Below are positions 1 through 7,493 of a stretch of DNA of 64,000 bases, in pieces. The stretch covers positions 89,300 to 153,299 of the forward strand of contig CAZLUD010000002.1 in NCBI GenBank assembly GCA_964562615.1. The letters run 5' to 3'. The position numbers and the translations under genes are program-made. Source of the DNA: an uncultured Candidatus Saccharibacteria bacterium. GTDB taxonomy: Bacteria > Patescibacteriota > Minisyncoccia > Phycocordibacterales > UBA12088. How positions within the stretch are numbered: position 1 is the first letter of the stretch; every line of letters starts with the position of its first letter. The notes beneath the pieces were generated by a model. That model was not told where the DNA came from, made no database searches, and saw only the letters and a program-made list of their open reading frames with translations.

Positions 1-542
1 CCGTTTACGTAGACAAAATATGCACGATCAGATACGACAAAACCATTACCACGAAGTAACCACGCATAAAACTCTACCTGTCGTTTATACTGCTCACCCC
101 AGCGACCGTCTAGTGTCGGCGCCTCATTTTTTGCGGTGGCTTTATAATCAACGACATATAGCGCACCCTCGGTGTCCACCCACAAGTCATCTACCGCTCC
201 AAAGAAAGTAATATTGGTGTACTTATGATTGTATCTGATGCCAGTAAAGTTAGCCCGCCATTCTTCAAGATTGTCATGTGAGTACGGTATCAATTCTGAC
301 AAACCTGCCTTTACGCACAACGGGTGCGGTGTCTTTGACTTTCTGTGCGCGTCAAACTCTCTTTTGAGCAATTCATCAACTGCAAGATTGAGTGTAAAGC
401 TTGCCATAGAAGGACGCTTTACACCTAAGCGTTCGAGTAAGTAGAAGCAACGTGGACACTCAAGAAACAAATCAACCTTTGATCTACTAAGCGTATGCGG
501 GGTTTTACTACCCTTTGTGTATGTCTTTGGTGTATAGCTCAT
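1..542 (-). CDS. PD-(D/E)xK (RecB/Cas4-like) nuclease family protein, 5' portion. The ORF runs off the left edge of the window.
   Basis: Minus-strand ATG at 542. My translation begins MSYTPKTYTKGSKTPHTLSRSKVDLFLECPRCFYL and ends VDDLWVDTEGALYVVDYKAT. The N-terminal 'S.S.L..FLECPR.FYL' and the 'D..hhDYK' core match the RecB-family nuclease pattern. It is absent from the ORF track because it is open at the window edge. Confidence 0.6.
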   Translation of the reverse strand, partial: MSYTPKTYTKGSKTPHTLSRSKVDLFLECPRCFYLLERLGVKRPSMASFTLNLAVDELLKREFDAHRKSKTPHPLCVKAGLSELIPYSHDNLEEWRANFTGIRYNHKYTNITFFGAVDDLWVDTEGALYVVDYKATAKNEAPTLDGRWGEQYKRQVEFYAWLLRGNGFVVSDRAYFVYVN

Positions 543-556
543 AGCAACACGAATAA

Positions 557-1072
557 CTACTCTTTGTCAGCAATTACTTCAGTATCATCTGACCATGCGT
601 GTTGCATTTGTCGTTCAACAACCCACAAAACTCTAAAGATAAATAGCACTAATAGTGTTCCAATGACCGCAATAAAGTAGTACCCGAGACCGATTGACAC
701 GCCAATAGCAGAAGTCACCCACAATCCAGCAGCGGTAGTGATGCCTTTTGGTGTTGCATCTCTAAACATAATGATACCTGCGCCAATAAAGCCGATACCA
801 GTTACCACACCAGCGATAACTCTAAATGGGTCAGAAATACCAAACCCCTCTGGGCTCACTGAGTAAAAAACCGCAAGTGAGGTGTATAGCGTGGATGCCA
901 TAGCAACCAGTGCGTGGGTACGCATGCCGGCGGTTTTGCCTGCCATCTTTCTTTCAGCACCAAGAAGCATTCCAAGGGTAATTGCAACAATTAGTTGTAG
1001 CGCCAATGTTATCTCTTGTGTGGTGATGAAAGTGCTTATCTCCATAGAGTAATTATTGTGATGTCGCGACAA
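557..1072 (-). CDS. MgtC/SapB family membrane protein
   Basis: 171 aa with 4-5 TM helices and the MgtC signature 'LGAERKMAGKTAGMRTHALV'. Confidence 0.85.
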   Translation of the reverse strand: MSRHHNNYSMEISTFITTQEITLALQLIVAITLGMLLGAERKMAGKTAGMRTHALVAMASTLYTSLAVFYSVSPEGFGISDPFRVIAGVVTGIGFIGAGIIMFRDATPKGITTAAGLWVTSAIGVSIGLGYYFIAVIGTLLVLFIFRVLWVVERQMQHAWSDDTEVIADKE

Positions 1073-1616
1073 AGAACTTCATAATAACTTGCGATGTACC
1101 TACATCCGTAAGTGGTTTATCTGTAGTAAGAGTAAATTGTCTATCACCATTATCTCCGTACAACACCGCTGCATAGGTGTTACCTACCACGGTATTTCTA
1201 AGAAGTGAGACCGTACCACTCCATGAGCCCTCGCTAAAGTATTGTGCTCCTAGTGCGTTACCAAGCTCTCCTTCGCTTACTTCATGAATTACCACCCACC
1301 CACCCATTGATGGAAAGGTAACTGAAGTGATGTTTACATGGTTACCTGATAGCTGGTTGTTAACCTCAAGATCAACCGCTGATGCTGATACTGATGTGGC
1401 AGTGCTTGTGCTTGGGGTATCTGTTGGCTTTTGTGAAGTGGTTGTTGCAAGCGTGCTCTTGCTTGTCTCATCGCTTTTTTCTGGAGCCTCTACGTTTTTT
1501 GTATTAACAGACCATATCCACACCGCGCCCGCACCTACCAATAAGCCCACCACAAATGCAATTGCGAGTTGCTTGTGTGAATCTGCACTCAATTCGTATG
1601 TTGGCATGCTGTCCAT
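1053..1616 (-). CDS. Hypothetical membrane-anchored protein with a Ser/Thr-rich linker and a C-terminal extracytoplasmic domain
   Basis: The N-terminal TM helix is LAIAFVVGLLVGAGAVWIW, followed by a Thr/Ser-rich low-complexity stretch and a ~110-aa beta-rich domain. It overlaps the mgtC-like gene by 20 nt. No recognisable family. Confidence 0.5.
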   Translation of the reverse strand: MDSMPTYELSADSHKQLAIAFVVGLLVGAGAVWIWSVNTKNVEAPEKSDETSKSTLATTTSQKPTDTPSTSTATSVSASAVDLEVNNQLSGNHVNITSVTFPSMGGWVVIHEVSEGELGNALGAQYFSEGSWSGTVSLLRNTVVGNTYAAVLYGDNGDRQFTLTTDKPLTDVGTSQVIMKFFVATSQ

Positions 1617-1649
1617 AATGTATCCTTAACTGCTAGTAGTATGATGCTA

Positions 1650-2501
1650 TTATACCGCGGCACCAGGTACGCACAACACCTCGCTCTCTTTTAGTACACT
1701 AGCTACCTTGCTCTCTTTGATACCAGATTTTCGCATGATATCAGGGTTGTCTTTCAGTGTTTTGCACAAAACAACTTTGGTTTCCAGTAATCGTTGCTTT
1801 TCCTGAGTAGAAAGCGAAGTAAGGCACGTAAGCGGATGAAGACCAGTCTCTTCAATAAGGTCTTCTAGGTTACCCTTTTTAGGGTAGCTCCACCCTATGA
1901 GCTCAAGTCCAACACACGCTGCGTAATCAATTGCATTTTTTGTAAACTTGGTGTTGGTGATTAGTAGTCTACGCGTTACATCAATACCACCAGTAACTGA
2001 AACGGCGTGAGTATGGATGTCTTCAAAGCGAGCGTGTACATACAATGCCACCTTTAAATCTGTTTTCATTCCAAGATTGTTATGAAATTTGAGCTCAGCG
2101 CCAATTCTCTCCATGCGCTTTTCGGCGAGTACGTCGATTTCGTGCTTTGAGCAATGACCTCTGAGCATGACACCAGTTCGTGCTCTATATCCCTTTGCTC
2201 TAAATATTTCTGCAACAAAACTTTCAAAAGGAAACCCGCTTGGACCAAGATCAAAGAGTGCGCGTCTTAGCGAGTAGCGTGCAGCTGCAGTCCTGTTATT
2301 TGTTTGCTGTAATTTTGTATATACCTTGTGGTATATGTCGTTAGTAGAATTTCCCTCTCTCACTTCGTCCGATACTTCTTGTACTATCGCTTCGATATCG
2401 CCCCGTAACACTCCCAATCGCTTTAGTGACGACTGTAGTTTTGATAATTTGAACGGCTCTTCAGTACCATCGGCTTTTACGATGGGAATTATTTTTTCCA
2501 T
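1650..2501 (-). CDS. ATP-cone domain fused to an Mrr-type (PD-(D/E)xK) restriction endonuclease-like domain
   Basis: The N-terminal ~90 aa resemble an ATP-cone (KADGTEEPF.L.KL..SL...G). The middle has the Mrr_cat-like motif 'FESFVAEIFRAKGYRARTGVMLRGHCSKHEIDVLAEK', which matches D...(E/Q)xK. Confidence 0.7.
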   Translation of the reverse strand: MEKIIPIVKADGTEEPFKLSKLQSSLKRLGVLRGDIEAIVQEVSDEVREGNSTNDIYHKVYTKLQQTNNRTAAARYSLRRALFDLGPSGFPFESFVAEIFRAKGYRARTGVMLRGHCSKHEIDVLAEKRMERIGAELKFHNNLGMKTDLKVALYVHARFEDIHTHAVSVTGGIDVTRRLLITNTKFTKNAIDYAACVGLELIGWSYPKKGNLEDLIEETGLHPLTCLTSLSTQEKQRLLETKVVLCKTLKDNPDIMRKSGIKESKVASVLKESEVLCVPGAAV

Positions 2502-2507
2502 ACACCA

Positions 2508-3596
2508 CTAGTGTACTATGAACCCGCCTCCAACACACCGTGTATTGTCGTATAAGACGAGTGCCTGCCCCTCGGGGATGTGCGGTATTGGTGTTTCTAG
2601 GCTTACCGTGGCACTTTCTTTCGTTACAGAGGCAATAGTGCAAGGAAATAACGTTTGTCTGTGGCGCAATCTTGCCTGTAGCGTGTCTCCAACTGAAGGG
2701 GTCGCATTTATCCAATTTGCCTCGGTAATACTAATCTTATGATGATCATATTGTGGAGTAAGGTACCCAACTTCATCACTTACGACTAAAATATTTTTTT
2801 CTACATCTTTACTAACCACAAAGTATGGTTGTTGATTATGAGAATGAGTCTTCGCTGTAAACCCATGCCGTTGTCCAACAGTATAAAAAAGAGCTCCATC
2901 ATGTGTACCAATCTCCTCACCGTGTTGATTGACCACCACCCCCTGCGTAGCGGTGACAAAATGTGACAAAAATTCTTTAAGGTCTATATGTCCAACAAAA
3001 CATAATCCTTGGCTATCTTTACGTGCAGCACTAGGAAGATGTACTGCTGCAGCCATTTCGCGTACCGCATCTTTGGTCATGTGCCCAATTGGAAATATGA
3101 TGTGTGAGAGTTGTGCCTGGGTGAGTGTCCAAAGAAAGTATGTCTGATCCTTGTTTTCATCAACACTTCTATGCAACTCGTACTCGTCTGTGCTTGTATT
3201 CAGCCTTCTTTGTGCGTAGTGGCCAGTTGCTACCGCGTCAAATCCTTTTAGAAGTGCATGAGAAAGAAATGCGCCAAACTTCACTTCTTTGTTGCATAGC
3301 ACGTCTGGATTTGGTGTCTTTCCGGCACGGTACGCTGAAATCATATAGTCAACCACTTCCCTTTTGTACGTATCAGCAAGGTCAATAGTACTGCATGGTA
3401 CATCAAGGTGCGCAGCGACCTTGATGGCATCTTTTCTGTCCTGCTCTTGTGAGCATGGCAAAAAGTCAGGTTGCCAGACTTTTATAAAACCAGCATGTAC
3501 ATCACTCCCTGCTTCTTTGAGTAAATACGCAGAAAGCGAGGAGTCTACTCCCCCAGATAGTCCTACCATTATTTTGCTCGCACCTATTTTTGACAT
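2508..3596 (-). CDS. mnmA: tRNA-specific 2-thiouridylase MnmA
   Basis: PP-loop 'VGLSGGVDSS' plus the 'NPDVLCNKEVKFGAF' and 'KDQTYFLW' motifs. The length of 362 aa is typical. Confidence 0.9.
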   Translation of the reverse strand: MSKIGASKIMVGLSGGVDSSLSAYLLKEAGSDVHAGFIKVWQPDFLPCSQEQDRKDAIKVAAHLDVPCSTIDLADTYKREVVDYMISAYRAGKTPNPDVLCNKEVKFGAFLSHALLKGFDAVATGHYAQRRLNTSTDEYELHRSVDENKDQTYFLWTLTQAQLSHIIFPIGHMTKDAVREMAAAVHLPSAARKDSQGLCFVGHIDLKEFLSHFVTATQGVVVNQHGEEIGTHDGALFYTVGQRHGFTAKTHSHNQQPYFVVSKDVEKNILVVSDEVGYLTPQYDHHKISITEANWINATPSVGDTLQARLRHRQTLFPCTIASVTKESATVSLETPIPHIPEGQALVLYDNTRCVGGGFIVH

Positions 3597-3653
3597 GCCG
3601 TTTATTGTATTACATAATCGAAATCAGGAAAGACCCTGTCTAAGGAGGACACT

Positions 3654-3821
3654 ATGTCTGTTTATCAACTCGCAGATATTTTACTTGTGGCGCTTATTTT
3701 GGCAGTGCCTGCCTTTATTTTACGTTTTGCCGTTAAGTGGTGGCTCCAACCAAAAAATGGAGAGAATAGCGTAATTGCTTGGTACACACCACGGCGCACT
3801 CTTGATGATGACGACTGGTGA
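3654..3821 (+). CDS. Small membrane protein of 55 aa, missed by the ORF track
   Basis: A strong SD 'TAAGGAGG' sits 5 nt upstream of the ATG at 3654. The protein MSVYQLADILLVALILAVPAFILRFAVKWWLQPKNGENSVIAWYTPRRTLDDDDW has one TM helix. Confidence 0.45.
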   Translation: MSVYQLADILLVALILAVPAFILRFAVKWWLQPKNGENSVIAWYTPRRTLDDDDW

Positions 3822-3920
3822 AATATGCTTCTACTCAGACATAGAACTCTTGCAAGTAAGAAACTTTCTTGTATAACAATACCAGCAAGACACTTATGTC
3901 TTGAGTCACGGAGAGTCGCC

Positions 3921-4049
3921 ATGGACTATGTCGGATTACTTGGAGCGTGGGGACCAATTGCATTGGTGGTTGCGCTATTGCTTGTTTATATTATTCAACA
4001 CGTAAGGAAACCGAGGCGTGATATTTATGGAGAAGAGCGCCATCACTAG
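3921..4049 (+). CDS. Small membrane protein of 42 aa, missed by the ORF track
   Basis: SD-like 'GGAGAG' lies 5 nt upstream. The protein MDYVGLLGAWGPIALVVALLLVYIIQHVRKPRRDIYGEERHH has one TM helix and is followed by a terminator. Confidence 0.35.
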   Translation: MDYVGLLGAWGPIALVVALLLVYIIQHVRKPRRDIYGEERHH

Positions 4050-4061
4050 AGAGGTATTGAG

Positions 4062-4091
4062 ACCCCCCGCGCATTGCGCGGGGGGTTTTGC
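4062..4091 (+). terminator. Rho-independent terminator
   Basis: GC-rich hairpin ACCCCCCGCGC-att-GCGCGGGGGGT followed by TTTGCTT. Confidence 0.7.
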
Positions 4092-5087
4092 TTAATCAAG
4101 ATGTAGTTGCCTGTTTCGTATGTGTCCTGCAAAGGTGCTGCTGTAATACATTTTTCCGTCATCACCGGTAAGATAAAAGAGATAATTGGACTTTGTTGGA
4201 GTAAGTACCGCTTCAATAGATGAAAGTCCCGGGTTGGCGATTGGTCCAGGGGGTAATCCTTTGTATTTATAAACATTATACGGCGAATCAACCTCAAGGT
4301 CAGAGTGTAAAGGATGAAAGGTTTTGGTACGCTTTATATACCCAAATACCGCATCAATTTGAAGCGGCATGTTGATTGCCAGTCTGTTCTCAATAATTCC
4401 AGCTATAACCCGTCGTGTTTCTAATTTTCTTGCCTCCTTTTCTACAAGTGACGCAATAGTGAGTATTTCATTTACGCTATAGCTTGAACTCGCCATAAGA
4501 GGTGCCAAATGCTCTGTTCGTACATAAAAGGTGTTTTCCATCTCACGCACAATTTTTTTAGGTTTATCCGTAGGGAGGAAAAAATATGTATCAGGAAAAA
4601 GATACCCTTCTTTCTTTTCTGCGAGGGTAAGAAACTCGCCGGCATTAAATGCGTAGAGTGACTTTTCTAGGATGTTTGCTATTTGATACGACGTAGCCCC
4701 CTCTGGAATGGTCACCTTAACAGGATGAATACCAAAGTCACCGGTAAGTATTCGTATGGCTACGGTATACGCACCCACAGGAGCATGAAAGGCATAGTCA
4801 CCTGCCTTGAGTGTGCTTGGATCCCCCACTATTCGAACAAGTACATCAAACACCACGGCGTACCGTACAATACGCTCTTCTTCTAGTTGTGTCGCAATAC
4901 TTGAGAGTGTCCCGCCCTCATCAATAGTGATAATAGTACCTGATGGAAATGCGCTTGGTGGGCCAATAGTAAGGTACGCGCCAAGCACAAACACACATAC
5001 AACGGTGCCAGCATAAAAAGGAACGGTAATTGGTATCGCTTTGAGCCACAATAGCCAGGTGATAACTCGAGACTTTTCCATAGACAT
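4092..5087 (-). CDS. mltG: Endolytic murein transglycosylase MltG (YceG family)
   Basis: N-terminal TM helix and YceG-like domain with the hallmark 'YNVYKYKGLPPGPIANPG'. Confidence 0.9.
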   Translation of the reverse strand: MSMEKSRVITWLLWLKAIPITVPFYAGTVVCVFVLGAYLTIGPPSAFPSGTIITIDEGGTLSSIATQLEEERIVRYAVVFDVLVRIVGDPSTLKAGDYAFHAPVGAYTVAIRILTGDFGIHPVKVTIPEGATSYQIANILEKSLYAFNAGEFLTLAEKKEGYLFPDTYFFLPTDKPKKIVREMENTFYVRTEHLAPLMASSSYSVNEILTIASLVEKEARKLETRRVIAGIIENRLAINMPLQIDAVFGYIKRTKTFHPLHSDLEVDSPYNVYKYKGLPPGPIANPGLSSIEAVLTPTKSNYLFYLTGDDGKMYYSSTFAGHIRNRQLHLD

Positions 5088-6343
5088 TAGATAGGGAGAT
5101 TCGAAGGCGCTTCCATTCTTCGCGTTTGAATCTTTTCAAGCATTGGTGTGCGAGCAACATCGCCCGGAAAGTGGTAAATGGTAGCAACCTCCTCAGTGGT
5201 AAGCACAAACGGTGTAGGCCAATATTGCATATCAAAGAATGCTCTTCTTCGGTACATCCTAAAAACCTCTTTCTTTGCTGCTGCACTGTTCTTTCCGCCA
5301 AAGTCTTGCCAAGGAAAGGCAAAGTCAGCAAGCCAACCAGTCGGTACAATGGTATTCATTTCATTTGACGCGAATGGTTTAAACAGGTTTGCCACCTGAG
5401 GAACTATTGATCCGTCGTAGGTTTCTTTTGGTCCAAAGTACACCGCACGAATACCTGCTTCAAAGGATAACTTTTCAAGCGAGCGCTCAAGTGCTTTTAT
5501 CTTTCTTTGTTGTACGTCACTTAACTCACCAATTGATGGAAGATTCATCGTGCCTCGTGTGGCTTGAAGATCAGTAAGCATCTTCTTTATTTCTGCCTTT
5601 ACTTCATCCTTCATTCTATCGGTGGTTTTAAACCATCCCGCATTTTGGTCTCCCTTTCGTGCGCGAAGCACTATTTGTACCCAGAGTTGATGTTGTGGCC
5701 CAACAAGGCTAAGTAATTCAAGCACTGCAGTAATAGGATCTACCTTGTATTCTTCTTTAGGGTTTTTATCTAATCCGTAGTCTATATAGGTAAGAATAGG
5801 ATACGCATCTTTTTGTCGTAGTTTGTAGTCACATCCCCACAAATTCATAGTTGACTCATCGTACTCGCGGAGTCTCGCATAGTCCTCTGATTCAATAATT
5901 TGTATATCTGGGTACTGTGCGTATAGCTGTGCTTCAACCTGATTTTTGAAAAATGAACGCGTACGAATATAAAATTTTACCTTGCCACCATCAGAGACAA
6001 GCTCGAGAGACCAAAATGGACGCATCTTTGCAAGGATGTATTTATCGTAAAAGGTTCCTTCACCACCTGCATTGTGTATGTTGGTAAGAAATACCTCCAT
6101 AGCAAGCGGAGATTTATCAATAATTCGAGGGAGTTTAATTTCAAGCAGTGTATATTTTTGCTTTGATAGAAAAAAGGCGCGTCTAAAGTACCACGAGATA
6201 CGCCATAGTCCGTACCCAAAAAGTAACGGCGCCCATATTGGTGAGAGGCGTAGAAGCACTATCGCAATGTCATACGCAAGCGCCGGAAAAAATACAACAA
6301 TAAAAATTCCGACAAAAGCAAATATGTAGAGGTACATTCGCAT
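5087..6343 (-). CDS. Hypothetical membrane protein with two N-terminal TM helices and a large soluble domain
   Basis: 418 aa with no P-loop or other recognisable catalytic motif. It overlaps the mltG start (ATGA) and so is co-transcribed with mltG. Confidence 0.5.
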   Translation of the reverse strand: MRMYLYIFAFVGIFIVVFFPALAYDIAIVLLRLSPIWAPLLFGYGLWRISWYFRRAFFLSKQKYTLLEIKLPRIIDKSPLAMEVFLTNIHNAGGEGTFYDKYILAKMRPFWSLELVSDGGKVKFYIRTRSFFKNQVEAQLYAQYPDIQIIESEDYARLREYDESTMNLWGCDYKLRQKDAYPILTYIDYGLDKNPKEEYKVDPITAVLELLSLVGPQHQLWVQIVLRARKGDQNAGWFKTTDRMKDEVKAEIKKMLTDLQATRGTMNLPSIGELSDVQQRKIKALERSLEKLSFEAGIRAVYFGPKETYDGSIVPQVANLFKPFASNEMNTIVPTGWLADFAFPWQDFGGKNSAAAKKEVFRMYRRRAFFDMQYWPTPFVLTTEEVATIYHFPGDVARTPMLEKIQTRRMEAPSNLPI

Positions 6344-6402
6344 GCCTCTGTAGTATAGCAGTCTAGTACCTATGATTAAAAGCCTTGTGTGAGTATAGGA
6401 GA

Positions 6403-7440
6403 TTACTCATCATCTCTGAGGATGTAGTGCCCCTGCTTATCTCGCTTAAAGAGATTAGTATCTTGGAGATTAACGACAATAGTATTGTCCTTTACGTATC
6501 GCTCACGTTTTACCCGCTCAACAATATCTTGTCGTGATAGCGCACCGTTTGCTCTTAGGATATCAATAATGACATCTTTAACTACACCGTTTGCGTAGCC
6601 CCATTCTTTAAGTGCGTACAGACCTCTTCCAACAAGTACAAATCGATTGTCTTTAATGAGTTCATTATGGCAGGTAGCCTCGTGCGCCTTTTTGTTAAAG
6701 AGTTCAGTAATGGCATGCGCAACCTCTCTAAAGTGCATTGGCGATCCATGTCGCTTGATAACAAGGTACGCATAGTCACGTATGCCTTTTACTCGTACAT
6801 TTGGAGAATCAAATCTACCCCACTCACCAAGTGGATTTCTTCCTAGTTGTTTTGAAAGAGATAGCCATCGTCTAACAATCTCTTCATTGAGGTAGGTATC
6901 GTTGATACCCTTAAGATCATCAAGGATTCGCTCAATGAGGTCGTGCTCAGGAATAAGCTCATCATCAGCAAGATTTTTGTACAACGTTTTTAGCGATTTT
7001 TGTACTTTTTCTGCTAAATCTTTATCAACGAGCCATCTGTTTTTTAATTCTGGTGTTTCTTTTTCGTGAACAAAAGGAATACCAACCACCAAAAGAAGGT
7101 GAAAATGGTTCTGAGTAACTGACTCTTTAGAAAGTAGTGGTAGGAGCTCTTCTTCTGCAATAACACCACCATAGCCTTCTATTACTGCTTTGAGCTCCTC
7201 AAATACTGGTGCATGTTCTTCAAATGCTTTTGACTTTCGTATAAGGGATAGTGCGTAATTTTCGATTTGACGTACACGCTCTCTGGTAATGCCGTATCTA
7301 CCGCCAATAGCCTCAAGCGTCATTCGCTCTGGGTTTTTGCCAAGTCCGTATCGGCTTTCCAGCACTTCTCGAGCCCTTGTCGGAAGGACTCCAAGAAGCT
7401 TTTTTGTGACTTGTTTTGGCTTAAATGTTAGCTTTACCAT
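6403..7440 (-). CDS. Sigma-70 region-4-like HTH protein with a C-terminal HARE-HTH domain
   Basis: N-terminus 'LESRYGLGKNPERMTLEAIGGRYGITRERVRQIENYAL' matches the sigma-70 region 4.2 HTH. C-terminus 'FREVAHAITELF...RFVLVGRGLYALKEWGY' matches the HARE-HTH motif. Confidence 0.65.
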   Translation of the reverse strand: MVKLTFKPKQVTKKLLGVLPTRAREVLESRYGLGKNPERMTLEAIGGRYGITRERVRQIENYALSLIRKSKAFEEHAPVFEELKAVIEGYGGVIAEEELLPLLSKESVTQNHFHLLLVVGIPFVHEKETPELKNRWLVDKDLAEKVQKSLKTLYKNLADDELIPEHDLIERILDDLKGINDTYLNEEIVRRWLSLSKQLGRNPLGEWGRFDSPNVRVKGIRDYAYLVIKRHGSPMHFREVAHAITELFNKKAHEATCHNELIKDNRFVLVGRGLYALKEWGYANGVVKDVIIDILRANGALSRQDIVERVKRERYVKDNTIVVNLQDTNLFKRDKQGHYILRDDE

Positions 7441-7493
7441 AGAAGTTTGTTATTTGTAACACATCAAATCAATTACGTCAATAATGCCATCAT

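Noticed and set aside
20-680. Three plus-strand ORFs (20-211, 229-444, 495-680) from the track
   Set aside because: They lie antisense to a well-supported minus-strand Cas4-like nuclease ORF and the mgtC-like gene. They have no motifs and no SD, so they are shadow ORFs.
2461-2715. The 84-aa minus-strand ORF overlapping the mnmA 3' region and other short overlapping ORFs in the track (e.g. 2066-2254, 6582-6779, 7631-7864, 8357-8542)
   Set aside because: They are nested in or antisense to strongly supported genes and have no motifs, so they are treated as spurious.
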